Assembly (NCBI GenBank): GCA_024654505.1
Contig: JANLHN010000007.1
Span: 2,205-66,204, forward strand
Length of the DNA: 64,000 bases
Source: Nanobdellota archaeon
Lineage (GTDB): Archaea > Nanobdellota > Nanobdellia > Pacearchaeales > GW2011-AR1
Direction of reading: 5' to 3'
Within the stretch, counting starts at the first letter, position 1. Every line of letters starts with the position of its first letter. This document shows positions 29,132-37,951 of the stretch, one piece after another. Below the pieces are notes generated by a model. It saw nothing but the letters and a program-made list of their open reading frames with translations, searched no databases and was not told where the DNA came from. The position numbers and the translations under genes are program-made.

Positions 29132-29161
29132 ATTTATAAACTTTAGATTGTTGTGCTTGTT

Positions 29162-29503
29162 ATGATGAATAAAAGAGGTTTGGAGATGGCTGTTAAGACA
29201 GTTATTTTAATGATACTTGGGATATTGATTTTAGTAGGGACGATATACATGGTTACTGTTCAAGGAAATATGTTTAGAGAAAAGACAGCCGGAACAAAAA
29301 GTAATGTTGATGTGGTGGTTGATTCTTGTAATACTCTAGCTTCTACAGAGTCTTATTATGCTTATTGTTGTGAGAAAAGAACAGTTATTTTTGGGAGTGG
29401 TGTTGCAGATGCAGAATTGAATTGTGAAGAAGTGGCTTCGGCAGATTGGACTCCTGGAAACACAAAAATCCTTGATTGTTCTTCAATTAATTGTGTCGAG
29501 TAA
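29162..29503 (+). CDS. Pilin-like protein with class III signal peptide, Cys-rich
   Basis: MMNKRG/LEMAVKTVILMILGILILVG, with 6 Cys in the globular part. TTTATAAA at 29134-29141 lies about 25 nt before the ATG at 29162; the tracked start at 29153 is GTG. Confidence 0.65.
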   Translation: MMNKRGLEMAVKTVILMILGILILVGTIYMVTVQGNMFREKTAGTKSNVDVVVDSCNTLASTESYYAYCCEKRTVIFGSGVADAELNCEEVASADWTPGNTKILDCSSINCVE

Positions 29504-29583
29504 ACTTTATAAAGCAACATTAAAATGTTCCATAATAAAAGTTTCTTCGGAAACTTTATAAAGAATAAATGGGTGAGTATATT

Positions 29584-30087
29584 ATGAGAGAGATGAATAA
29601 AAGGGGGCAGGGTATGAGTATTACCACAATTATTTTGATTGTGATTGGTATTGTTGTCTTGGTTATTTTAATCTGGGGTTTTTCTACAGGATGGAATAAT
29701 TTATGGGACAAGGTTAGTGGAAGAACTTCTTCTTCAAATGTCGATGATGTTGTGGCTGGTTGTAAGGTTGCTTGTGATACTGGTGCCAGAGATGATTTTT
29801 GTAATGCTGGTAGGACTATAAAGTTTGGTGCTGAGCGAGAGGTTACTAAGACTGTTGTAGTGGATGAGAATAAAAAAGCAGAATTGAAGAGTTTATGGGA
29901 TGCTGAAGTTGCCAAGAACCCCCAAGAGAAGGATAAGCTTGATGCAGCTAAAAAAGCTTACGATGATTATGAAAAAGGAATTTTAGTTGAAAGTGTTAGT
30001 GAAATATCTGGAACATGTAATGATTTTTCAGGGAAGGTTTATACTGGTCTCCGAGTTGCTAGGTGTACCAAATTTCAATGTGCATAA
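29584..30087 (+). CDS. Pilin-like protein with class III signal peptide, Cys-rich
   Basis: MREMNKRGQG/MSITTIILIVIGIVVLVIL. The TATA-like CTTTATAAAG at 29554-29563 favours a start at 29584 or 29593 over the tracked 29569. Confidence 0.6.
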   Translation: MREMNKRGQGMSITTIILIVIGIVVLVILIWGFSTGWNNLWDKVSGRTSSSNVDDVVAGCKVACDTGARDDFCNAGRTIKFGAEREVTKTVVVDENKKAELKSLWDAEVAKNPQEKDKLDAAKKAYDDYEKGILVESVSEISGTCNDFSGKVYTGLRVARCTKFQCA

Positions 30088-30194
30088 TTTCTTTTAATTC
30101 TTTTCGGAATCTTTATTAATCTATAAAGTCTGTTTTATCTATGGAAAAGGAAGTTCTTTGAACTTTCGATTCCATTTTATAGAGGAATGAAAAA

Positions 30195-30335
30195 ATGGAA
30201 ATGGAGGAGATAGTAAAGATGGTGATTTTTGTTGTTATTTTGGTTGTTCTTGTTGGAGCGGTCTTCCTTCTTCTTAGTGGGAAAGGTGCCGCCGTTTTAG
30301 ATTCTATTCGGAATTTATTAAGGAGGGGTGGTTAA
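30195..30335 (+). CDS. Small single-TM protein (not in the ORF track)
   Basis: Hand translation gives MEMEEIVKMVIFVVILVVLVGAVFLLLSGKGAAVLDSIRNLLRRGG (46 aa). Ends immediately before the ATG at 30336. Confidence 0.35.
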   Translation: MEMEEIVKMVIFVVILVVLVGAVFLLLSGKGAAVLDSIRNLLRRGG

Positions 30336-31769
30336 ATGGATTCTAGGAGGGGAACTCAAGGATGGACGATGCAAAAGCTTATCACAATTATTCTCTTAGT
30401 TCTGGTAATGGCTTTAGTGATTTATGGAATTACTATTGGAGGTTTTGGCCCTCTTGTTGATAGGGCAGAAGGAGCCTTTAATGAAGTTTTGATATTTTTA
30501 GGTATTAAGGATGGTCCTCCATCAGTTACAAACTGTTTTAAGAAGTTTCTTTTCGATGTTCCTGGAGGAAATGAGTTGTTAGATTCTCTCGGGTTGGATG
30601 GAGAAGTCAGGCGAAATGTGAAATTTGAATATTGTGAGAATGTTTGTACTTTAAATGACACTAGTCTGGGAGATTATAGGAGACTTTCAGATAGTTATGA
30701 AATTTTTGGAGAAGGCCTAGTTTATAATGATGTGGTGGGTTCCGAAAGGAAAATGGGATGGCACGAATATGAAGATTACCTTAAAGACCCTGATGGAATA
30801 AAATCTTCGGAGTTCTACTGGGAGCTTTACGACCAGCTCGTAAAGGCTATTATTGGGGAAAGTAAAGAAAATTCAATGTTTGTAGACAGGCTTTATTCTT
30901 CAAGGTTCTCCAAAGACCTAACCTTCTATGGTAATGGAGGGGGCTTGTTCGACAAACCTTCATCCGCTCTTTGGAAAGAGGGAGAGTGGATTGTCATGGG
31001 AGATGGGGAGAAAGTTTATACTGGTCTAGATGATAGAAAAGCAATTGAGACTTTTAAGAGTTATGTTGATGATGCGTATGATGATAAAGTTTATTATCAA
31101 ATAAGGGACCCTGTTCCGGTTGGGGGTAGCTCAATGAGTAATTCGGATTATCATGGAGAGTCAATTCAAGAAATATTTGGTGGGACAAATGTTGAAGGAG
31201 ATGAGGGTGAGTTTGATCACTATACTAAAACAGAGGCACTAATAGATTATGTCACCAAGAAGAAAATAGAATTTTCCGAAGCAGTCAAACCGTCTTCCGA
31301 AGAGGTGGCTAAACTTCGTTCTCTTGTTGAGAGTAAGAAAGTGATAGTAGATGAGGAGGTTTATGATTTGGGAATCAAAGTTCATAACGGATTTCCTCTT
31401 ATAATTATTTCAGGAGATAAGGAATACGCTCTTGCTTTTTCTCCAAGAGTTAAATTAAATTTATTATCTGGAACTAGGAAACCTGCAGAGAAGTTTTCTC
31501 CTTATCATGTTTCTATTCCATTGAATTTTTATTCTTGGGAGATTGTTTCTTTAGACGATGGGGAGAGATTCTTGAAACCTGTTGGCTCGTGGGAAGATTA
31601 TATGCTTTTTGAAAATGACTTTAAATTGTTTAGGACTGGAAGATTGATTAAAGACTTTTTAGATAAAACTTGTGGTTTTTTATCTTATTATAGAGATTTG
31701 AGTGAAGATGAACTTATGTTGAGGTATTATCAAAATCTTTATGGCCCCAACGTTCTTGTGATGAGATAA
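30336..31769 (+). CDS. Large pilin-like or pilus-associated protein (class III signal peptide-like N-terminus)
   Basis: 477 aa. MDSRRGTQG/WTMQKLITIILLVLVMALVIYGI followed by a large soluble domain. Confidence 0.55.
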   Translation: MDSRRGTQGWTMQKLITIILLVLVMALVIYGITIGGFGPLVDRAEGAFNEVLIFLGIKDGPPSVTNCFKKFLFDVPGGNELLDSLGLDGEVRRNVKFEYCENVCTLNDTSLGDYRRLSDSYEIFGEGLVYNDVVGSERKMGWHEYEDYLKDPDGIKSSEFYWELYDQLVKAIIGESKENSMFVDRLYSSRFSKDLTFYGNGGGLFDKPSSALWKEGEWIVMGDGEKVYTGLDDRKAIETFKSYVDDAYDDKVYYQIRDPVPVGGSSMSNSDYHGESIQEIFGGTNVEGDEGEFDHYTKTEALIDYVTKKKIEFSEAVKPSSEEVAKLRSLVESKKVIVDEEVYDLGIKVHNGFPLIIISGDKEYALAFSPRVKLNLLSGTRKPAEKFSPYHVSIPLNFYSWEIVSLDDGERFLKPVGSWEDYMLFENDFKLFRTGRLIKDFLDKTCGFLSYYRDLSEDELMLRYYQNLYGPNVLVMR

Positions 31770-31772
31770 AAT

Positions 31773-32282
31773 ATGAAAATAAAATATGAAAAAAAAGCGG
31801 CATTTCTTTGGAATAATACTTTTAGTTTGATTATTGGTGCAGCAATAGTTGTTCTTTTAGTAATTTTCTTTTTTATGATTCTTGCTCCAGTGTATGATAG
31901 GGCTGACGAGATAGCAAAAGCGAACAAAGAGGCTTTAGTAAAGGAATTGGAAAAGGCTGCTTTGGGAAATGGAGGAGAGTTTAGTTTATGGGGACTTCCA
32001 GAAGATGGTGTGGCTGTTTATTTAGTTTATTTTGGGGGAGAGGCCGCCCACGTTACTGATGATTTTCTTTTTTGGGCACCTAATGCTGCAGAACATAATC
32101 TTTGTATTTGTTATTTTTCTGGTCAGGTTTTTTGTAAGCATTGTATAGATTTGGAAGCGGATGAGGTGGTATTAAATGGCTCTATCGAAAAATCATGGTC
32201 TTTTAAAGAAAATCAAAATGGAGAGACTGCTAGATTGAAAATTATTAAAGAGGATGGGGCTTATGTTTTTGAAAAGATTTAG
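31773..32282 (+). CDS. N-terminally anchored pilus-locus protein
   Basis: 169 aa. Basic N-terminus, then NNTFSLIIGAAIVVLLVIFFFMILAP. Cys-containing C-domain. Confidence 0.5.
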   Translation: MKIKYEKKAAFLWNNTFSLIIGAAIVVLLVIFFFMILAPVYDRADEIAKANKEALVKELEKAALGNGGEFSLWGLPEDGVAVYLVYFGGEAAHVTDDFLFWAPNAAEHNLCICYFSGQVFCKHCIDLEADEVVLNGSIEKSWSFKENQNGETARLKIIKEDGAYVFEKI

Positions 32283-32403
32283 TTTATTTAACCATCGTGC
32301 TGAAAGCAATATTACAGAGGTTCTTAAATGGATTCTCTTCCTTGCTATTGCGGTTGCTGCGGGTTTTGCAATAATAACTGCTGTAGGGAATATGGCAGGA
32401 TAA
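32263..32403 (+). CDS. Small hydrophobic protein, Flp-pilin-like in shape (not in the ORF track)
   Basis: Hand translation gives MFLKRFSLFNHRAESNITEVLKWILFLAIAVAAGFAIITAVGNMAG (46 aa). Overlaps the end of 31773..32282 in another frame. Confidence 0.3.
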   Translation: MFLKRFSLFNHRAESNITEVLKWILFLAIAVAAGFAIITAVGNMAG

Positions 32404-32427
32404 ATTTATTAAGATGGAGAAAGAATA

Positions 32428-33345
32428 ATGATTATGTTGAAAAAAAGAGGACAATGGAGAGGTTATCTTCTTCCCTTGATTTTAGGACTAATTGTAGTGG
32501 CACTCGTTCTTTATTTTATTTTTAATGAGTATTTTACTAGTGATGAATTAAATTGGGAACAATGTAGCCAAAGTTTTACTCTTAGGGCCACGATGCCTGA
32601 ATCTAAATTTATTGGAATGAATTTTAACTCTTTTAAGAACGAATTTCCTTTAAAATGTAAGACACAAATTATTGAAATAGATGATTCTCTTCTCAAGGAG
32701 GAAAACGGAATTACCAAAGCCGAAAGTATAATTGCAGAGACTATGGCACAGTGTTGGAATTTATACGGTCGAGGGGATGGAAATGCATTCCCTTCTAGCT
32801 TTTTAGGTATAAATTCTTTTTGTGTCCCCTGTGCTAGGATTCATTTTACTGAAGAAGCAAAGAAATATCTTAAAGAGATAGAACCTGATTCTACAAAAGG
32901 AGTTATTGACATTAAAAGAGGGTTGGAGACTGGCGGCGCTGATTCTGCATTTAGTTATTTACAAAATTCTGGGAAGAAATTTTCTGCATTTTCTCCTGGA
33001 AATGCCCTTCCCTTTGAATTTGGAAAAGTCTTTAGGGTTTATGAAGATAAGTTGGATAAGGAGATTTGTAATAGACTTAATGGAGAGTGTGAAAGTGGTG
33101 CCGCTTTTCATAAGACTACATTACCTATATTCTTTTATCCAGATTTGGGAGATATATTGGTAAGTTATGGAGTCATTGTTTCTTCAGATGATAGTGGGCC
33201 CGGGGATTATCTTCCATATTTGTTTTATTTTCAAATAGACCAAAAAAATCCAAACCCTTTTTCAGAGTTAACAAAAGAATATTTAGATGGTCCTAGATGG
33301 CATAATTCTGATTTTTGTGAGGAGTGGGATGGGGTTCCCAATTAA
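32428..33345 (+). CDS. Large pilin-like protein (class III signal peptide-like N-terminus)
   Basis: 305 aa. MIMLKKRGQ/WRGYLLPLILGLIVVALVLYFIF, then a Cys-containing soluble domain. Confidence 0.55.
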   Translation: MIMLKKRGQWRGYLLPLILGLIVVALVLYFIFNEYFTSDELNWEQCSQSFTLRATMPESKFIGMNFNSFKNEFPLKCKTQIIEIDDSLLKEENGITKAESIIAETMAQCWNLYGRGDGNAFPSSFLGINSFCVPCARIHFTEEAKKYLKEIEPDSTKGVIDIKRGLETGGADSAFSYLQNSGKKFSAFSPGNALPFEFGKVFRVYEDKLDKEICNRLNGECESGAAFHKTTLPIFFYPDLGDILVSYGVIVSSDDSGPGDYLPYLFYFQIDQKNPNPFSELTKEYLDGPRWHNSDFCEEWDGVPN

Positions 33346-33851
33346 TCTATCTTACACAATTTGATTTTTCTATCAAAGTAAGAATCATTCCTATGTCGTC
33401 TCCAAAGTTCTATACTCCCATTTCCCATATCCTTAATTTTCCATGATGATGGATACTTATTAGTATTTGTTTCTTCTTGAGACATGCCATCTTTTTCATA
33501 TATCAATTTTATAACTCTTCTTTCAAAAAACCCATTTCTTACTCCAGCATCTTCTGTGAGAAATCTTTCTTTTCCTCTTGGATTTGTAAAGCTCCCCTTA
33601 TGGGTTGTGAAATCTATTTCGGAGTCTTTTATTTCTACTAAGTTGTCGGTATAATATTTTTCTCCCCAAACACGTTTTACTTCTCCAGTTCTAGAATCTA
33701 TTTCTTCTTCACTTTCTATCTTATAAACCCCATAAAAATCCTTTTGGCTTTCTCCACAGGAGGGAAGTATGGCAGATACTGCAAGTGCCCCTGCAAGGCC
33801 GAGAAATCCTCTCCTAGAAACGGCTAGGTCTTCTAATCTTTCTTTTGCCAT
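33342..33851 (-). CDS. Putative Tat-exported lipoprotein
   Basis: 169 aa. Twin-arginine motif SRRGFLGLAGALAVSAILPSC with a lipobox-like LPSC. The only minus-strand gene inside the pilus locus. Confidence 0.55.
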   Translation of the reverse strand: MAKERLEDLAVSRRGFLGLAGALAVSAILPSCGESQKDFYGVYKIESEEEIDSRTGEVKRVWGEKYYTDNLVEIKDSEIDFTTHKGSFTNPRGKERFLTEDAGVRNGFFERRVIKLIYEKDGMSQEETNTNKYPSSWKIKDMGNGSIELWRRHRNDSYFDRKIKLCKID

Positions 33852-33931
33852 TGTTTTATTAGGTGTTTGGAGTTTTAAAGTTTTTATATAGTCAAAGATA
33901 CTTTTATTAATTGGTTTTGTTATGTCTTTTT

Positions 33932-34285
33932 ATGAGGAATAAGAGGGCTGCGATTTTGAATCAAATTGTTATCCAAATAATTTTGATTGGACTTGTCTTT
34001 TCCGTTTTTATTATGGCTACTGCAGGGAAAGTAAACGGCAGAGGGGTTCGACAACAAATCATAGAAAAGCAGACGGCTATTTTAATTGAGTCTGGCATTC
34101 CTGGAGTTTCATTTTCTATAGAAAAATTACAGTTTAATGGTTACATCGAAGAGGTAAATGTCAAGGAAGGGAAGGTCTATGTTAATATAGATGGCCTTCC
34201 GTCTGGAAAAGGATATCCTTTTTTTAGTCCATACCCTGTAGAGGTTATTGAAGAAGAAAATAAATTTGTAATTTTTATAGGATGA
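33932..34285 (+). CDS. Pilin-like protein
   Basis: First in-frame ATG at 33932 gives MRNKRA/AILNQIVIQIILIGLVFSVFIMA. The tracked start at 33911 is TTG. Confidence 0.55.
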   Translation: MRNKRAAILNQIVIQIILIGLVFSVFIMATAGKVNGRGVRQQIIEKQTAILIESGIPGVSFSIEKLQFNGYIEEVNVKEGKVYVNIDGLPSGKGYPFFSPYPVEVIEEENKFVIFIG

Positions 34286-34782
34286 TAAACAAAAGGGCTG
34301 TAGCTTTGGGTTCAGCTGTAGTAACTCTTTATAGAGTTATGATGGTAATCGTAATCGCATTTATTGTTTTGGGGGTATCTTCAATATTTTATGTGCATTA
34401 TATTAATATTCGGGCAACAGAAGCGGTTTTATTGACTAGACATGTTGTTGATTGTTTTGCACCAGACGGTTCTTTGGATTTAAATCTTCTTAGAGACAAT
34501 AAAGGGATTGAAGTTTTTGATTATTGTCATATTAGTGGGGCAAATTTGGAGAGATTTTTTGTGAGAGTCAACATAAGCAAGGTGTCTGGAGAAAATATTT
34601 TTATGTTTGAGCAAGGAGATTCTGGGTCGTTATGGGTCCGAAAAGCTATTGAGGTTGGAATTGACAAAAAATATGCTCCTGGTTATTATAAAGGGGAATA
34701 TCCAGTCCTATTGATGGAAGATTTAAATAAGGTTGGGGACGGCAAATTGATTGTTGAATCTCTAGTTAAATATGAAAAATAA
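34282..34782 (+). CDS. Pilin-like protein
   Basis: 166 aa. MINKRA/VALGSAVVTLYRVMMVIVIAFIVLGV. ATGA overlap with the previous gene. Confidence 0.55.
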   Translation: MINKRAVALGSAVVTLYRVMMVIVIAFIVLGVSSIFYVHYINIRATEAVLLTRHVVDCFAPDGSLDLNLLRDNKGIEVFDYCHISGANLERFFVRVNISKVSGENIFMFEQGDSGSLWVRKAIEVGIDKKYAPGYYKGEYPVLLMEDLNKVGDGKLIVESLVKYEK

Positions 34783-35059
34783 AAATGGAATGATTGGGCT
34801 TTTACCAATATGGTTAATATTTACCCTCCTTATAGTTGTAATTTTAATCTTTTTTGTGATGGTTTCTTCTATGATCAAAACACTTGATGATGCGAATTCT
34901 GGAGTCAAGGTTCTGAAGGAAAGGGCAATTGGGTTGCAAAAAGTAGAACCTTATGTTCAGAAGGAATACCTGCAGCTAACTCAAATAAAATTTTTAAGTA
35001 AGAGTACCAACAAGTCATTAAATGAAATTATATTGGAGGTGACTCATGAAAAACAATAG
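34772..35059 (+). CDS. Small pilin-like protein
   Basis: 95 aa. MKNKNG/MIGLLPIWLIFTLLIVVILIFFVMV. Overlaps its neighbours. Confidence 0.5.
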   Translation: MKNKNGMIGLLPIWLIFTLLIVVILIFFVMVSSMIKTLDDANSGVKVLKERAIGLQKVEPYVQKEYLQLTQIKFLSKSTNKSLNEIILEVTHEKQ

Positions 35060-35624
35060 GGGCCAAATTTTTGCATTGTATCTTTTTTTATTGACTATAG
35101 CTATGTGTACTTTGGTGCTCAGTCTTTATCTTGTTCAACAAAAAAATGCAAGAAATTCGTTGGTTTCACCATTGGAGGTTTTAAAATTACGAAATGATTT
35201 GGCTATTTTTGAGCTTTTAGAAGAAGAAGCAGTAGAAGATTCAATTGGAGAAGTTTTTCAAAGTAATGGATTACCAAAAACAGACTCAAATAGGGAAGAA
35301 TTTATTTTAGCATTTAGGAGTTCTTTTCTTCAAAAAATCAAGTCTGAACCAAAGATGATGAATTTTTTATCAGAGAACTTGGTTGTAAATGGGGAGAAGG
35401 TTAACTTAAAATTGTTTAATATTGATAAGTTTATAGAAAATGGAATCTACAAAAAATCAGAGAATACAATAGAAGGCAATAAAATTTTAATAAAGAGGGG
35501 TAAGGTTATCAAAACGATGCCGCTGGAGGCAGAGGAAGTATTTGGAGCTAAGATTAGTTTTCCTGTAGAATTTTCTTTCGAATTTGAAAAATCTTATGAA
35601 AAGGAGATTTCGGGAGGAATATAA
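35046..35624 (+). CDS. Pilin-like protein
   Basis: 192 aa. MKNNRGQ/IFALYLFLLTIAMCTLVLSLYLV. Confidence 0.55.
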   Translation: MKNNRGQIFALYLFLLTIAMCTLVLSLYLVQQKNARNSLVSPLEVLKLRNDLAIFELLEEEAVEDSIGEVFQSNGLPKTDSNREEFILAFRSSFLQKIKSEPKMMNFLSENLVVNGEKVNLKLFNIDKFIENGIYKKSENTIEGNKILIKRGKVIKTMPLEAEEVFGAKISFPVEFSFEFEKSYEKEISGGI

Positions 35625-35773
35625 TGGATTATGGTGGAGTAGACAAGCGAAGGACGAAGAAGGACTTGAAGAGGAAGAGGCTTGCTAGAGGGTACAAGCG
35701 TGGAGGGCAGTTTAGATCCTCTGAAGTAGAAGAAGGAAAGGAGAAAAAGAACGAAAAGGGGAAGAAGAAATGA
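35624..35773 (+). CDS. Small, highly basic protein (not in the ORF track)
   Basis: Hand translation gives MDYGGVDKRRTKKDLKRKRLARGYKRGGQFRSSEVEEGKEKKNEKGKKK (49 aa). TAATG overlap upstream and ATGA overlap downstream. Confidence 0.3.
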   Translation: MDYGGVDKRRTKKDLKRKRLARGYKRGGQFRSSEVEEGKEKKNEKGKKK

Positions 35774-36786
35774 ATTTTCTCTTTTGGTTATTCTTGGTAG
35801 GGATTATTGTTGCTAGTTTGCAAGATTTAAAACGGAGGGAGGTTGATGATTGGTTGAATTTGTTCTTGTTGGTGACTGGAATTTCTTATATTTTCTTTAG
35901 GGGTTTTGGCAACGAGACTCTTCTAAGTTTATTAGTCCTCCTTGTTTCATTTGGTTTAACTTCCTTTTTTTATTTTTATAATCCTAAACCAAAAAAAGGG
36001 AGACAGGAACCAAAAAAAGATAAAAGAAAAGAAATGCTAGAAGTTTCTTTAGTTCTTTTTTTAATATCTCTTCTTTTTATTCTTATTTTAAGTTATCTTA
36101 ATAATACTTCTCCCTCATCAATTTATCTTTTAACTTCATTAACTCTTTTGGGCGTGTATGTTATCTCAAATCTTATGTATTATGGCAGAGTTTTTGCGGG
36201 GGGAGATGCTAAACTTTTGTTTGCGATGACTGCCTTTTTTATTGGCACAACTTTTTTTGATACTATATCTAATGTGGGTATCTTTCTTATTTTTTTAATG
36301 GTTTCTGGCGCTGTATATGGGTTAATTTATTCATTATTCCTTTATTCTAAAGACTATAAAATAATTAACAAAAAAATTCTTGAAGGATTTAAGATTCTTT
36401 GGATTAGGCTAGTTATAGGAATTGGAGTTGTTGCTCTTGTTCTAGGTCTTTTTGATTTAATGTTTTTTATTCTTGCTTTTTTTGCAATTTTTTTCCCAAT
36501 ACTTTATCTTTTTGCGAAAGGTTTGGAAGAAGTTTCTATGACTCGGGTGGTTTCTGGATGGCAGCTAAGAGAAGGAGATTGGTTAGTCGACGATGTTCAT
36601 GTTGGAAAGGTTGTTGTTAAGGCAGATTGGGATGGTTTAACTTTGGCAAATCTGAAGTTATTAAAGGGGAAAAAGAAAATTAAGATTAAAGATGGATTAC
36701 CTTTTGTTCCTGCATTTTTGATTGCCTTTTTATCATATGTTTTTTTGAGAGAATGGTTGACTAGTTTTCTTGGAGCGTTAGTTTAG
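35770..36786 (+). CDS. Prepilin/prearchaellin peptidase (A24 family, PibD/EppA/FlaK-like) with extra C-terminal region
   Basis: First catalytic Asp region ASLQDLKRREVDDW, second GGDAKLLFAM (GxGD-type). 338 aa. The C-terminal third contains a soluble segment (VSGWQLREGDWLVDDVHVGKVVVKADWDG). Confidence 0.8.
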   Translation: MNFLFWLFLVGIIVASLQDLKRREVDDWLNLFLLVTGISYIFFRGFGNETLLSLLVLLVSFGLTSFFYFYNPKPKKGRQEPKKDKRKEMLEVSLVLFLISLLFILILSYLNNTSPSSIYLLTSLTLLGVYVISNLMYYGRVFAGGDAKLLFAMTAFFIGTTFFDTISNVGIFLIFLMVSGAVYGLIYSLFLYSKDYKIINKKILEGFKILWIRLVIGIGVVALVLGLFDLMFFILAFFAIFFPILYLFAKGLEEVSMTRVVSGWQLREGDWLVDDVHVGKVVVKADWDGLTLANLKLLKGKKKIKIKDGLPFVPAFLIAFLSYVFLREWLTSFLGALV

Positions 36787-37382
36787 GAGGGAATTCTTTC
36801 TCGTATCTTATAAAGTTCTCTCATCTCCCCTAATGGGGCATCCTCTTTTATTTCTGCTTTTGTTTCTTCTTTTCTCAAAATTTCTTCTTGGAGAGATTTT
36901 AATTCTTCTTCTGTTGCGGGTTTTCTTTCTCCATCATCTCCATAAATTGGGAGAACTTCTAAAAGAGAATGTCCTGTAATCTTAATTTCTTCTATTTTGA
37001 TTTTTTTTGGACTAAATTTTTCTTGAATTTCTTTTGCAACTTTGTTTGCTAAATCGTGTGTGGACCGATTTATCTCTTTTGTATGTCCTTTTGGAACAAT
37101 GAAGGCGTGACCCTTGCTTATAGGATTTATTTCTAAAATTGCAAGGTTATAGGTGTCTTCTCCAATTGAGACCGAAGGCGAGTGTCCAGCAACTATTGAA
37201 CAGAATATACATTTCCCTCCAAGGTGTGTCAATTGGTTTTCTTGAATAAATTCTTCTACCTGAGGTGGTGTTAAAGCGTTTACTTGCTCTTTTATTTGTC
37301 TTTGTTTTTCTTTAGGAAAGTTAGAGAGTTGATTTAAGAGATGTTCTTTAATTTTTTTTGATTCTTCTTCTGAGAGGGCCAT
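36783..37382 (-). CDS. HIT-like protein with N-terminal extension and non-canonical triad
   Basis: CIFCSIVAG..., NPISKGHAFIVPKGH. The expected HxHxHxx position reads ITGHSLLEVLP. About 55 extra N-terminal residues. Confidence 0.55.
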   Translation of the reverse strand: MALSEEESKKIKEHLLNQLSNFPKEKQRQIKEQVNALTPPQVEEFIQENQLTHLGGKCIFCSIVAGHSPSVSIGEDTYNLAILEINPISKGHAFIVPKGHTKEINRSTHDLANKVAKEIQEKFSPKKIKIEEIKITGHSLLEVLPIYGDDGERKPATEEELKSLQEEILRKEETKAEIKEDAPLGEMRELYKIRERIPS

Positions 37383-37416
37383 ATAAGACCTAGTATTGGA
37401 AAGGTTATAAATTTAA

Positions 37417-37692
37417 TTATCCAATGGCTCTTCTGTAATCAGTCATTTCGATTGAAGAAACCCCTTCTATTTCTCTAATAGCATTTTCTACACTGTCTAC
37501 TTCTTCACTTTCCGATAAAGCAAATGTCACAAGAAGAGCTTTTAATCCAAAAGCAATTGGTTGTTCTTCTGTAGAATTAAAGACCCCTGACTCAAAAGAT
37601 TCTATTTTTTCTTGAATTTTCTTTGCTAATTCTTTCAAATCTATCTCTAAGTTTTCTGGCATTATCTTAAATTGAATTCCTGCTGTTGCCAT
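37417..37692 (-). CDS. ef1b: Translation elongation factor aEF-1 beta
   Basis: The ATG at 37692 gives MATAGIQFKIMPE...IAFGLKALLVTFAL..EGVSSIEMTDYRRAIG, about 91 aa, the typical aEF-1beta pattern. Confidence 0.85.
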   Translation of the reverse strand: MATAGIQFKIMPENLEIDLKELAKKIQEKIESFESGVFNSTEEQPIAFGLKALLVTFALSESEEVDSVENAIREIEGVSSIEMTDYRRAIG

Positions 37693-37697
37693 CCTGA

Positions 37698-37844
37698 TTA
37701 AGGTCCTACATACCCGCATTTAGGACATTTATACTCAATTGAGAGGTTTCTACATCTATCGCATCTTAGAATTTCCTTCCCGCATTTAGGACATGGAAAT
37801 CTCACACATTTTTGTGCATCTTTATTACAACCTGTACATTTCAT
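37698..37844 (-). CDS. Zn-ribbon protein (four CxxC pairs), the type commonly found upstream of aEF-1beta
   Basis: Hand translation gives [48 protein letters not shown] (48 aa). Not in the ORF track. Confidence 0.7.
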   Translation of the reverse strand: MKCTGCNKDAQKCVRFPCPKCGKEILRCDRCRNLSIEYKCPKCGYVGP

Positions 37845-37951
37845 AAGACATGGAATTCTGAGGGGTTTATAAAAGTTTGGAGGGTTCTTTTTTCTTAGAA
37901 GTTGTATTTTACCCCAATAATACTTAAAAACTGATTTATCCCAGTTTAACC

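Noticed and set aside
32328-32525. Cys-rich 65-aa ORF (MDSLPCYCGCCGFCNNNCC...)
   Set aside because: It is an alternative frame of the hydrophobic-helix-coding DNA of the small ORF 32263..32403 and of the 5' end of the 32428 gene. The Cys run comes from TGC/TGT in GCTGC-type repeats, with no independent start context.
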